This document shows positions 52,998 to 63,385 of a stretch of 64,000 nt of DNA, in pieces (the stretch's first letter is position 1; each line of letters opens with the position of its first letter). The DNA comes from an uncultured delta proteobacterium. Lineage in GTDB: Bacteria; Desulfobacterota; Zymogenia; Zymogenales; Zymogenaceae. The notes under the pieces were generated by a model. That model was not told where the DNA came from. It was given only the letters and a program-made list of their open reading frames with translations, and did no database searches. The stretch spans positions 736,001 through 800,000 of the forward strand of contig CAVTLK010000001.1 of NCBI GenBank assembly GCA_963735595.1. Direction: 5' to 3'. The position numbers and the translations under genes are program-made.

Positions 52998-54095
52998 TCA
53001 GCGAATACCTCGCCCTTTCCAGACGTGCCGCGCGAGAAGAACGGCAATCCGTGCACCCGCGGCCGCCACTATCAGGGAGAAGATCACCGACCATATGAGG
53101 CGATGCTCCTCAAAGATGGGATAGATCCTGCAGATCATGACAGTCTCGATACCGTCTCCTGGGTCGAATCCCGACTTAATGGGATAAATGACTTCATCGA
53201 CCCGATCCTGCGACGGATCAACCGTCATGAGGAGCGCATGGTGGAACCCCCGGGCCCCGCCGCGAAGGTGACTGCCCCCCCCGCCGGTGACGATAAATTT
53301 CGTATGTTTTCTATCTGCCCTGAAATAGGAGTGGAAATCACCAGCAAAAACGTAGTCAACGTTATAGTAATCCATGAGGCTCATGAACTCCTCTTCCCCG
53401 TACATCTCCCTGGCCTTCACCATCGGAGAGAGGGAACGGGGCGGGATGTGCATAAACACGAAGGTAATGATAACGTCGGACGGCCGCCGGGCCAGAACGT
53501 CCTCCAGGTAGCCGAGGTAATCCGTGTTGTACACGTCGTTCAGGCCGATAAAAAGACACCCGCGATAAATAAAAGAGAAATTCGTGGGGCCGTACACTTC
53601 CTCGAAATCCTCTTTGAAGAAGGGGTCGTAGAGACGGTAGAGCTTTTTCTCGTGCTTCGCATTACTGACGAAGTCGCTTCTTCTGCCAAAATCATGGTTT
53701 CCGGCGACCAGGAAGATGGGAAATGTCATTCCCCACTCGGCAAGCTCCCCCATGAAAAAACGGTGCCGGTTGACGGCCGGGAATGCGACGAAATCCCCGA
53801 GAATGACGCCGAAATCCGGCACGGCATCCAGAGGCGTATTCAGGTAAAACTCTTCAAACGCTGTGCTGGATCTCGGATCGCCGATCACGGTGAACGAAAA
53901 CGGTTTGAGTTCCGATTGCCCGTCCACGAGGCCCGAGATGACCTCCGGCCTGTTGCCTAGGAGCGGCGGCGCAGTCGTATCGCTCCACGACCAGCCGTAC
54001 AGTATCGAGGCAACGATAAAAGTCGCAAGAAAAAAGATGATCGCATCTATCGCCAAGGCGGCGTAGAGCCTCTTTTTCGCTAGTATTTTGATCAT
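52998..54095 (-). CDS. Membrane-anchored metallophosphoesterase
   Basis: IGD, LGDFV, GNHD, FMHIP, GDFH; N- and C-terminal TM helices. Confidence 0.85.
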   Translation of the reverse strand: MIKILAKKRLYAALAIDAIIFFLATFIVASILYGWSWSDTTAPPLLGNRPEVISGLVDGQSELKPFSFTVIGDPRSSTAFEEFYLNTPLDAVPDFGVILGDFVAFPAVNRHRFFMGELAEWGMTFPIFLVAGNHDFGRRSDFVSNAKHEKKLYRLYDPFFKEDFEEVYGPTNFSFIYRGCLFIGLNDVYNTDYLGYLEDVLARRPSDVIITFVFMHIPPRSLSPMVKAREMYGEEEFMSLMDYYNVDYVFAGDFHSYFRADRKHTKFIVTGGGGSHLRGGARGFHHALLMTVDPSQDRVDEVIYPIKSGFDPGDGIETVMICRIYPIFEEHRLIWSVIFSLIVAAAGARIAVLLARHVWKGRGIR

Positions 54096-54345
54096 GCGAA
54101 TCCCCTGAATAGGTAGTATTGTAACTAGCTGTGCGGTAATTATAGAGGGCCGGCGAGATGGAAGTAAAGCACAAATGTACGCAATTAGACAATTATAATA
54201 TTTTTTATTAGTTACGTATCAATAGGAATATGAGGAGCTGTATTCTTCCTCGGAAAAACGATTCTGACAATACAACAACGGCAACAAGAAGGCACCCGCG
54301 CAATGTGGTCCCTGATCGGGGCGCCCGTCGCCATACCGGTTCCCG

Positions 54346-55710
54346 CTATTGTTCCGCAGCCTTCCTGAGAGGGGCCAGCATTTTTTCGTTCATCCCGGCC
54401 TGGAATTTCTTCCTGAATCCCTTGATTCTCATCATCGGCACGATGATGCGGCCCATGGCCCGCATCATCCGCTGGCTGTGGGGGAAGTCGAAGAGCCCGT
54501 GCTTCGCGTAGTATCGGTGGTTCTCCGTGAAGATAAAGCGGGTAAAGAAGTTGATATCGCGCAGGATCTTCTTGCCCCCGACTCCCCGGAACGAAGGCGG
54601 CCTGCGTACCCCGTGTTGGAGACCTTCCATGATCCCGTACGAAAGCGCTTGGAGAAGCCCGGTGATCTGGTCCGGGTCCTTGTATTCGTCGGTGACAAAC
54701 CCCCGGTTGCTGAGCCCGAAGGTCTCGGCAAAACAGGTCAAGAGCTCACGGAGGTTGGTAATCTCCCGTAAGGGACCGGAGATAATGAACCCGCCCTGTT
54801 TCCCCGTCAGGACGGGACGGTGACCGTTAAGAAAGAAGCGGTCGAAGAAGAGCTTCCAGCGGGCCGATAGATACCGGTCATGTACGGTACCGGCGTAGAT
54901 GATCGCGTCAGCGGGAAGAATCCGGTTCTGATAGAGAAAATTCATGTCGTCGTCGATAACGCAGACCCCGTCGTACGTGCAGTGCAGGCAGTTTGTACAG
55001 GGGGAAAGCCTGATGTCGTTGATATTGATAAACTCCACACGGTTTGCGAGATGGCGCAGGAAGACGTCGGTCATGTATCCGAGGTTCCTGTCGCGCGGCG
55101 TCTCGTCGGTCAAAAAGAGTATCTTAAAACTGCCCGGCTTTTTTACCAGGTCGGTTTCCGTCGGCCGATAGGCGCCCGTCTTTGCCGAGATCGGCCGGTA
55201 GACCGTCTCCACCGGAAGCCTCCGGCCGGCGATTGTCAAGAACTCCCCGGCAAACAACAGGAGCTGCCGTTTCTGTTCCTCTTCGATAATGTCGTTAAAC
55301 TGGGCCGAATACCCGGTGACGTATCGCATACCGAAGTCCTCGGATATCCCATGAATATAGGCGTGAGCCGTGTGGTCAAACAGGTGCATGGAGGTTGTAA
55401 TCGCCGTCGCGTATTTGCCCGTAAATGCGCCGGAGGCCTTGCGCTCAAAGACCAGCTCGATGAACCGCTTGAGCCCGGCCGGCACCAGGAAATAGGTAAT
55501 GGGGAAAACCCAGATGACGGCGTCGGCCTTTGTTACCTCGGCGATAATCTTTCCGAAATCGTCTTTACCGGTCTCGACCGTACCGAAGCCGCCACCTATG
55601 TGACAGACCGAGTACCGGTGGCCTGGCAGGCGCCGCTGGATACAGCGGAAGTACTGGAACGTGTTGGATGCCTCCCCCTTGGGGCTGCCGGAAAGCACAA
55701 CGACCTTCAT
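54346..55710 (-). CDS. NAD(P)H-dependent oxidoreductase with two tandem flavodoxin-like domains
   Basis: GSPK..SNT N-terminal domain; second domain with CTNCLHC-x5-C. Confidence 0.8.
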   Translation of the reverse strand: MKVVVLSGSPKGEASNTFQYFRCIQRRLPGHRYSVCHIGGGFGTVETGKDDFGKIIAEVTKADAVIWVFPITYFLVPAGLKRFIELVFERKASGAFTGKYATAITTSMHLFDHTAHAYIHGISEDFGMRYVTGYSAQFNDIIEEEQKRQLLLFAGEFLTIAGRRLPVETVYRPISAKTGAYRPTETDLVKKPGSFKILFLTDETPRDRNLGYMTDVFLRHLANRVEFININDIRLSPCTNCLHCTYDGVCVIDDDMNFLYQNRILPADAIIYAGTVHDRYLSARWKLFFDRFFLNGHRPVLTGKQGGFIISGPLREITNLRELLTCFAETFGLSNRGFVTDEYKDPDQITGLLQALSYGIMEGLQHGVRRPPSFRGVGGKKILRDINFFTRFIFTENHRYYAKHGLFDFPHSQRMMRAMGRIIVPMMRIKGFRKKFQAGMNEKMLAPLRKAAEQ

Positions 55711-55753
55711 ACCCCTATGCTCCTATTTGTATGCCTCCGATACAGATACGGTC

Positions 55754-57449
55754 TTATAAAAAATCGAAATCGCACCCGTCGGAGGCCGAAAGGACATGCT
55801 CTGAAAAGAGCCGTCGGTATCCCCTGGCCGGCAGTGTGGGTGGCTTCCACAGGGCGCGCCGGGAGGATAGCTCCTTCTCATCCACCAGCAGGTCTATCCG
55901 GCGTTCCGATACGGAAAGCTCGATGATGTCTCCGTCGCGCACCAGCGCCAGCGGTCCCCCGACGGCCGCCTCAGGGCTCACGTGGAGCACCACCGTCCCG
56001 TAGGCCGTCCCGCTCATCCTCGCGTCCGACACCCGGACCATGTCGGTGACCCCGCGGGCTGCAAGATACCTGGGGATCGGCAAAGACCCGGACTCGGGCA
56101 TTCCCGCCCCCACGGGCCCGGCGTTCCTGAGCACCATCACGTGATCGGGCGTGATGCCGAGCGACGGATCGTCGATCCGGAGCACCGCATTCTCCGGCGA
56201 TTCGAAGACGACCGCCGGCCCCCGGTGTGAAAAGAGGTTGGGGCTTGCGGCGGCGGCCTTCAGGACCGCGCCCGCCGGTGCCAGCGTCCCCCTGATGACG
56301 GCGATCGCCCCGGGGTCCTGTGCCTCCCTGAGTGGCTCGGAAAGCGGGCGGATCGTGAGACCTGAGGGCGCCGGGGCCGTATTGATGAGCTGGCCGATGG
56401 TCTTACCGGCGATCGTGGACGCGCCGTGATCCAGGAACCCCGAGAGCACCCCGAGGAGCGCGGGCACGCCGCCGGCGTGGAAGAAGTCCTCAAGGTATCC
56501 CGAGCCGGCGGGCTTTACGTCCACCAGGACCGGGACGCGCCGGGCCGCCCCGTCAAACTCGTCAAGGTTCAGATCGATCCCCGCCCGACGGGCGATGGCC
56601 AGGAGATGAACAACGGCATTGGTGGAACCGGAGAGTGCCGCCAGGACGACCAGCGCATTGGTAAAAGAGGCCTTCGAGAGAATCTTGTGACGGCGTAAGT
56701 TGTTCGCGTATCATCTCCACCGCCCGCCTTCCTGCCGCCGCCGCGTGGCTGAGCCGCCGGCCCGCCGCGTGGGGAATCGCCGCCCCGCCGGGCAGCATCA
56801 GCCCCAGCGCCTCAACGAGGCAGGCCATGGTCGAGGCCGTCCCCATGACCATACAGGTGCCGCCGGTAAAGCAGAGTGCCGATTCAATCTCGGCGATCTC
56901 TGCGTCTGTCAGGCGGCCCGCCCGGTACGAGGCCCAGAGGCGCCTGCAGTCGGTGCAGGCCCCGAGACGCTCGCCCCGCCACATCCCTGTCAGCATGGGA
57001 CCAGCCACGACGGAGACCGCCGGGATATCGGCGCTCACCGCCGCCATGATCTGGGCGGGCAGCGTCTTGTCGCACCCCGAAAGCAGGACCACCGCGTCCA
57101 TGGGCTGCGCCCGGATCATCTCCTCGGTATCCATCGCGGCCAGGTTCCTGAAGAGCATCGTCGTGGGGGACGTCAGTATCTCGTGGAGCGATATGGTCGG
57201 GAAGGCCAGCGGAAGCCCCCCGGCCTCCAGCACCCCCCGTTTTACGGCCGCTACCATTTCAGGCATCTGGCGGTGGCAGGTGTTGTAGTCCGAGCTGGTG
57301 TCTACTATCCCGACGATGGGGCGCGACAGGTCAACGCTGTCAAAGCCCGCCGAGGCAAGGAAGGCGCGGCGGATATATTTCGAGAACTCTATATCACCGT
57401 AGCTGGTAAGGTTTCTCGTTATGCCTTCAGGTTTTTTCGGTTTGGCCAT
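55754..57449 (-). CDS. Dihydroxy-acid dehydratase (IlvD/Edd family, sugar-acid type); frameshift near 56680
   Basis: NTCH, GCDKT, GACTD, GTCMVMGTASTM; GSTNAVVHL in the shifted frame; GMPE, SDARMSGT, HVSPEA. Confidence 0.9.
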
Positions 57450-57525
57450 GTATGGTTGCCCCCGCGGCAGCCCCTACGTTCCCGGCCTGATCGTCTCAAT
57501 AAACGGCCGGATCTTTAAGCGCCGG

Positions 57526-58962
57526 TCACAGCTGGATATTTATGTGTTTGGTTACCGTATAGGACTCGATCCACTCGGTGCCCCCTTCGCGTCCGAATCC
57601 CGATTTCTTGACACCCCCGAACGGGATCTCCGCAGATGCCAGAAGCAGGGTATTGATCCCCACCATACCAACGTCGAGCCGCTCCGCCGCCAGGAACGCC
57701 GTCCTGGTGTCCTTCGTGAAGATATAGCCCGCCAGGCCGAACTCAGTCGCGTTGGCCTTGGCGACGGCCTCGTCAAGACTCGCAAACGTTGCAATCGGGG
57801 CAACCGGGCAGAACGGCTCCTCGGTCATGATAGCCATCGATGCGTCAACCCCCACCAGGACCGTCGGCTCAAAGAAATAGCCGTGCTCGAATCCATCGGG
57901 CCGGTGCCCGCCCGCCGCCAGCGATGCGCCCTTCTTTACGGCGTCACCGACGAGCCGCTCGGTCGTCTCCAGCCGCCGTTTGTTGGCCAGCGGCCCCACG
58001 TCGGTGCCCGGCTTTTTCCCGTCCCCTACCGTGAGGGATCGCGTGACCCGGACAAAGTGCTCGGTGAATTCCTCCGCGGCCGACTCGTGGACGAAAAACC
58101 GGCTGGCCGCGATACAGACCTGGCCGTTGTTTCGGTATTTTGCCCGGGCGCACGTTTCGGCGGCGTACCGGATGTCCGCGTCCGGGAACACCAGTACGGG
58201 CGAATGCCCGCCCAATTCCATCGAGACTGCCTTGACGCCGTCGGCGCACGCCCTGAGGATATCCTGGCCGACCGGCACCGAACCGGTCAGCGTCACCTTC
58301 CGGATGATCGGAGATGAGATGAGGTAGGCGCTGATGAACGAAGAGCTGCCGGTAACCATGCCCAGCACCCCCGGCGGCAGCCCCGCGTCGTGACATGCCG
58401 CGGCCAGGCAGAGGGTCGTGCGCGGCGCCTCGACCGCCGGCTTGACGATAACCGAGCATCCGGCCGCCAGCGCCGGGGCGATCTTGCGGGAAGACAGGAG
58501 CGCCGGGAAGTTCCAGGGAGAAAAGGCGGCCACCGGCCCGACAGGCTGCCGGATGACGAGGAGGCGGTGCTCGCGGCTGTGGCCGTCGATAACCCTGCCG
58601 TAGATGCGGCGCGCCTCATCGGCGTACCAGTCGAACTGGTCGGCCGTCGCACGCACCTCCGCGACCGCCTCGGCCGTGGGCTTGCCCTCCTCCTCCGTGA
58701 GGATCGCCGCAATCCGGTCGGCCCGCTCCCGGATGAGTTCGGAGACCCTCCGGATGATTGCGCTCCGCTTCCAGGCGTCCGTCTCCCGCCAGACGGCAAA
58801 CCCGCGCTCTGCCGCCGCAAGCGCCGCGTCGAGGTCGGCTGCCGTTGCCACGGGAACCGTATCGATGACTTTCTCTGTGGCAGGATCGATGATGTCGGTG
58901 GTCTTGCCGTCGGACGCCCCGACCCACCGGCCGTCTATATACATCAGGTTCGGTCTATCCAT
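57526..58962 (-). CDS. NAD-dependent aldehyde dehydrogenase (succinate-semialdehyde dehydrogenase-like)
   Basis: PWNFP, TGS, MELGG, NNGQVC, EEPF, PFGGVKKSGFGREGG. Confidence 0.93.
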   Translation of the reverse strand: MDRPNLMYIDGRWVGASDGKTTDIIDPATEKVIDTVPVATAADLDAALAAAERGFAVWRETDAWKRSAIIRRVSELIRERADRIAAILTEEEGKPTAEAVAEVRATADQFDWYADEARRIYGRVIDGHSREHRLLVIRQPVGPVAAFSPWNFPALLSSRKIAPALAAGCSVIVKPAVEAPRTTLCLAAACHDAGLPPGVLGMVTGSSSFISAYLISSPIIRKVTLTGSVPVGQDILRACADGVKAVSMELGGHSPVLVFPDADIRYAAETCARAKYRNNGQVCIAASRFFVHESAAEEFTEHFVRVTRSLTVGDGKKPGTDVGPLANKRRLETTERLVGDAVKKGASLAAGGHRPDGFEHGYFFEPTVLVGVDASMAIMTEEPFCPVAPIATFASLDEAVAKANATEFGLAGYIFTKDTRTAFLAAERLDVGMVGINTLLLASAEIPFGGVKKSGFGREGGTEWIESYTVTKHINIQL

Positions 58963-59017
58963 AGTGTTTTCTTTTCCTCGTGATATCACCAGTACTCCCG
59001 TCCCATTAGCCTCTTAG

Positions 59018-59257
59018 CTTCGTGTCTTCGTGCCTTTGTGGTGAGTCTTTCCCCTCCTGGTTTTAAAGAAAGGGATTCACCACAAAGACACAAAGGCACG
59101 AAAAGCTGCATGATAGCCCTGCCCCTGTAACCCTCAAATCCTTTATTTCCTTTATCTGGTACGGCTCTCTCCTTCGTGTGTTCGTGCCTTTGTGGTGACT
59201 CTTTCCTCTCCCGGTTTTAAAGAAAGGGATTCACCACGAAGATACAAAGACACAAAG
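59018..59257. repeat. Two ~85-bp direct repeats, each a long hairpin with 9-mer periodic arms
   Basis: CTTCGTG.CTTCGTGCCTTTGTGGTGA-[..TTTTAAAGAAAGGGAT]-TCACCAC.AAGA.ACAAAG.CAC.AA at 59018-59102 and 59172-59257. Confidence 0.85.
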
Positions 59258-59330
59258 GTCCAGGGACTACCGTATAGCCGGGCCGACCCCCGTATAGCAT
59301 ATCATCGGCGATTGGTCGGGGGGAATCCTT

Positions 59331-61238
59331 CTATAGTCCAATCTCGTGCCGGAAATCCTGGGTCTCCTCGCACCAGTTGCCCACGTTCCACCGGCCGAAG
59401 ACACCCATCCCCCCCAGCGGATCGTTTCCCCAGTATACCGGGACGTGGATAAGCGAGAGGCCGTCGTGCTGCCGTGCGCTGTCGAGGGCCGAGATCAGGT
59501 CTTCAACGGTGTCCCCTACCGAAAACGCGGCCACCCCGCTAATCGAGCGCGCCCAGGCGGCGTAGTCGACTTTCACCGAATCGGCCGTCGCGTAGACGGT
59601 GCCGTACTGGGCCTCCTGCAGGCCGGAGATAGCTCCCATCCGCCGGTTATCCATTACGACGATACAACCGCGGGCGCGGTGCTCGACACCGTCAATGAGT
59701 ACCTGCGGATTCATCACAAACGACCCGTCGCCCGACAGGGCGAGGCCGTAAAACGGTTTCGACGCCAGGGCCGTCGCCAGAAGCGCCGAAACGGCAAAGC
59801 CCATATAGCTTGCGCCGGTTTCGGTAAACGTCCGGCCGAGCCGGTCATCCTCGGATATCTGAAACCCGTTGGCCTGTACGTCGCCCGCGTCGAAGAAGGT
59901 CACAACGTCATGCAGCCTGGCCCAGTCCGTAGCGGCCTTGATAACGGCCGGCTGCGTCAACACCTCGCGCCCCCAGACGGGGTCAAAGAGACGCGGCGTC
60001 TGATAACGCTGCTGCCTGAATTCGTCCCACTCCAGGCGCTTGGCGCGGCAGCGCTCAAACCAGTCCGACGGTTTCTTCGGGCGGTCCTTTAGTGCGTCCT
60101 CCAGCCGCTTGTTGAGAAGCGCGAGTGTCGCCTCGGCGTCGCCGACAAGCGGAATCGTTTTCCGGTAGTGCATGGCCGACTCGACATCGCCGTTGATATT
60201 AATGACCTGTTTGACATGAGGGTATCCGGTACGGGAACAGTCCGACTGACAGACGAACCGGGACCCGACGGCAACCAGGCAGTCGGCCTCTTCCATCGCG
60301 AAGTTGCCGGAGATGGAGCCCTTGGAGCCCCCCACGGTCATATTCCGGGGATGGGTGAACGGAATCACCCCGGAGACCAGGGGGCTGGTAACCGCCACGG
60401 CGTCGGCCAGGTCGAGAAAGCGGGCGAGCTCGTTTCCGGCCAGTCGCGCTCCCCCGCCGGCTTTTACCACCACCCGTTGTGAAGAAAGGATCGCCTCAAG
60501 GGCCCGGTCGTATACGCTTGATTTCCCGTGGGCGCCGCCGTTGCCGGCCGCTCCCGGCCGCGGCGGGGGCTCCGTGGGAAGCGAGTCCAGGTTGAAGTTG
60601 GTTATCATCACGGGCTGGGTGTTCATGGGCATGAGCAGGTAAAAGGGTCCGGGACGGAATGGATGGTCCACCGTGTTAAGTCCACGCCGCAGCGCCGACG
60701 ATATCGCCCGGGGGGTGTGGAGCATATAGGTGCTCCCCATGGCCGAGAAGAGGCCGAAAAAGAGGTTTTGCCCGTGCCGCGCGATCTGCTGCATATTGGG
60801 GCCCTCGTCTTCGGTGGTCTCGTCACCCAAAAGAAGCCACAACCCGATCCCGTCGCTCAGGGGGGCCAGCGACGCCGCCAGCGCGTGCATGGCGCCCGGG
60901 CCGATGGAGGTGTAGACGGCCGCCTTTTCGCCGGTCACCCAGCGCAGCGCCGTGGCCGCGTGGACGGCCTCGATCTCGCTCCTGACCGAGTAGCTCTTCA
61001 CGAGCCCCGCGTCCTCATAGACGCGCAGCACTTCCCCCACCTCGGTGGAGCCGTGCCCGAATATCCCCACAAACCGCCGCACGTCCTGGCGTATGAGCCC
61101 GAGGACGATGGCCTCAGACAGCGTCACGTCAATCTGTCTGCTGAGCTTTCCCGACCTGACGGCCGCATCGATTCCGCCGGCCTCGGCGATAACCGCCGCC
61201 CGGGCCTGTCGCTGGGCGGTGACTGCTGCGTGATTCAT
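59331..61238 (-). CDS. ThDP-dependent enzyme, IolD-like
   Basis: GIFGHG, TSIGPGA, SYMGF, ThDP motif GDGSFVM-x-DN; AAGGAG RBS before 61238. Confidence 0.85.
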   Translation of the reverse strand: MNHAAVTAQRQARAAVIAEAGGIDAAVRSGKLSRQIDVTLSEAIVLGLIRQDVRRFVGIFGHGSTEVGEVLRVYEDAGLVKSYSVRSEIEAVHAATALRWVTGEKAAVYTSIGPGAMHALAASLAPLSDGIGLWLLLGDETTEDEGPNMQQIARHGQNLFFGLFSAMGSTYMLHTPRAISSALRRGLNTVDHPFRPGPFYLLMPMNTQPVMITNFNLDSLPTEPPPRPGAAGNGGAHGKSSVYDRALEAILSSQRVVVKAGGGARLAGNELARFLDLADAVAVTSPLVSGVIPFTHPRNMTVGGSKGSISGNFAMEEADCLVAVGSRFVCQSDCSRTGYPHVKQVININGDVESAMHYRKTIPLVGDAEATLALLNKRLEDALKDRPKKPSDWFERCRAKRLEWDEFRQQRYQTPRLFDPVWGREVLTQPAVIKAATDWARLHDVVTFFDAGDVQANGFQISEDDRLGRTFTETGASYMGFAVSALLATALASKPFYGLALSGDGSFVMNPQVLIDGVEHRARGCIVVMDNRRMGAISGLQEAQYGTVYATADSVKVDYAAWARSISGVAAFSVGDTVEDLISALDSARQHDGLSLIHVPVYWGNDPLGGMGVFGRWNVGNWCEETQDFRHEIGL

Positions 61239-61759
61239 AGGGTATACTCCTTTCGCTTTTGCTGATGCCCGATTCGCGGTGTCCAATTACTAAAAGTATC
61301 GCAGCCAGGGAAATATTTCAAGCCAAATCTCCTATAAATAGGCAGTCTAACCGCTATAGCCCAAATAAAAGAGGTCCGGTCGGGGATTCCTGCAGACGGT
61401 GCGTCGGCATTGCAGCGCGCGGATCGGCGCACCCGGGGGTCCCGGCCCGGCCTCGAGAGGAATCGGACAGCGAAGGGGACACTCGCCGGGTCGGCTCGTA
61501 CCGGAGGGGGTATTCCCCGGAGACCAAGCGTGTATATTTTATGCCCCGGAATCTACCCATGTGCATAAGGTGTGGGTAACCGTGCGGAGTAATCGTCCAA
61601 CATATTGAAAACAGGCGTCTTCTACGGATTTGCCTATTTCTTAAGCAACCTGATATGCTAATGGAATCGGCATGTTAGAGTCGTTTATTGCATTTTTGCA
61701 TCATTCCTGGGGAATACTATTACTTGATTGTTCAGGTATTAAAACAGCCGTACATCACC

Positions 61760-62314
61760 TCAGGGACGAATAAAGACCGCGTACCGGCGGACCGGGACCG
61801 GGAAGTGGGAGATCACCAGAACCTCCTCCCAATCAGGCCTGAACCCGCGTCCGCGATAAAGACCCCTGATCTCCTCGTATATTTCGTGGGTATCGCTGGG
61901 CCCGTCGCAGTAATCTCCCGATTCGAGCAGGACCACTGAAGGCCCCGCGGCCGACGCGCCGAGAACCCGTTGATGGATCTCGGCGTCGTTAAAGCGGCGC
62001 GAGTTGATGCCCGTGTGGATAATCACGTCGTAGCGCGTCTCTACGGCAAATGCGTCACTCCTGGTGCATATCCACGTATGGTGCGGGTATTCGGCCAGAC
62101 AGGCGTTAATCGCCTCGCTGTTCAGGTCGATCCCGGTGTAGCGCGCGGGGGGAAAGCTCTCGTCGATGAAGCGGGCCAGGGGGGCCGTACCGCAGCCGAT
62201 GTCAAGGTACGTCATCCCTTCCTTCAGGTGCTGCCTGACGGACGAAAAGAGGACTTCGGCCCGCTGGCTGTGCGGGCGTGCAAGGTAATCGCAGGGGATT
62301 CTGGTAGGTTTCAT
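61760..62314 (-). CDS. Class I SAM-dependent methyltransferase
   Basis: YLDIGCGTA, YTGIDL, YDVII. Confidence 0.8.
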   Translation of the reverse strand: MKPTRIPCDYLARPHSQRAEVLFSSVRQHLKEGMTYLDIGCGTAPLARFIDESFPPARYTGIDLNSEAINACLAEYPHHTWICTRSDAFAVETRYDVIIHTGINSRRFNDAEIHQRVLGASAAGPSVVLLESGDYCDGPSDTHEIYEEIRGLYRGRGFRPDWEEVLVISHFPVPVRRYAVFIRP

Positions 62315-62479
62315 ATAAACAGGGTTTTATGCCCCATTTCATACCGCATAGGGGCTTGAATATAGATCGTGACCTGGTGTATAGTACCACAACCCATGAC
62401 CGCAACGTAATCGAAAAAACGCGCCCCAAGCGCGGCCCGGGATGGGCATCCCGAGGCATCAGGCAAAGGAAACTGCGAT

Positions 62480-63331
62480 ATGAAACACAATCCCCAGCGC
62501 GCCCTCGTGATCACCTACAGCCAGACGGGCCAAACCGAGATATACGGGCGCTTGATCGCCGAGGTATGGAAGTCAACCGGTGTTTCCGCCGTTCATTCCG
62601 ACGTGCGCCGCTTCGACATGGCCGCACTCGCCTCCTTCGACCTGATTATGGTCGGCGTGCCGGTCTTCTATTGGGACGTCCCCTCTAACGTCGTCGATGC
62701 CCTATCGGCGGCGCCGAGGCTTGGCGGAATACCCGCGGCTTCCTTTGTCACCTACGGCGGTGACGGGGGCAACCAGCACAACACCGCCCGCCGCCTCCTC
62801 ATGCTCCTCTGGCGGCGGGGCGGCCTCCCGGTGGGGATGGAGACCTTTGGTGCCCTCTCCAGCTTCGCCCCGACCTGGTCAATGGGAAACGAACAACGCG
62901 TCCTGACATATCGGAACCGCCCCGACGAAGAAACCTACGATCGGGTCAGGAAATACGCCGCGACGGTCCTTAAGCGGGCACGGGGGGGGACGGCAGTCTC
63001 GTACAGAAAGGAATTTTTTGCCGCTGACCTTCTCAGGGGGCGGCCGAGCGTCGCACTCAATAAGCTGATGACGGGGCGGCACCGGATCAATGCAGACGAC
63101 TGCACCGGGTGCGGGCTCTGCGAAAGGAACTGTCCCGTCCGCGCGATAGACAGCGCCGCGTCGGTCATCGATACGAAGCGGTGTATCTCATGCCTCGGGT
63201 GCGTCAACAACTGCCCTGCCGGAGCCATCGACATGACGTACCTGGGCAAGAAGGTATACGGGTTTGCAGAGTTCAAGAAGCGGCACGGGATCAGCGTCTC
63301 GTTGCCGGCGGAGATGAAAAAGAAGCCCTGA
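62480..63331 (+). CDS. EFR1-like flavodoxin + 2x[4Fe-4S] ferredoxin protein
   Basis: YSQTGQT flavodoxin loop; CTGCGLCERNCP and CISCLGCVNNCP. Confidence 0.88.
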   Translation: MKHNPQRALVITYSQTGQTEIYGRLIAEVWKSTGVSAVHSDVRRFDMAALASFDLIMVGVPVFYWDVPSNVVDALSAAPRLGGIPAASFVTYGGDGGNQHNTARRLLMLLWRRGGLPVGMETFGALSSFAPTWSMGNEQRVLTYRNRPDEETYDRVRKYAATVLKRARGGTAVSYRKEFFAADLLRGRPSVALNKLMTGRHRINADDCTGCGLCERNCPVRAIDSAASVIDTKRCISCLGCVNNCPAGAIDMTYLGKKVYGFAEFKKRHGISVSLPAEMKKKP

Positions 63332-63385
63332 CCTCTTGGGGTCTGACCGGCGTGTTATATCTCTCGCGTCGGGACGGTTTACCGA

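Noticed and set aside
59018..59257. CRISPR array
   Set aside because: Only two long units with near-identical internal spacers and no cas genes
61290..61750. Riboswitch or small ORFs upstream of the ThDP enzyme (e.g. TPP riboswitch)
   Set aside because: No recognisable TPP aptamer core in the right arrangement and the ORFs lack motifs
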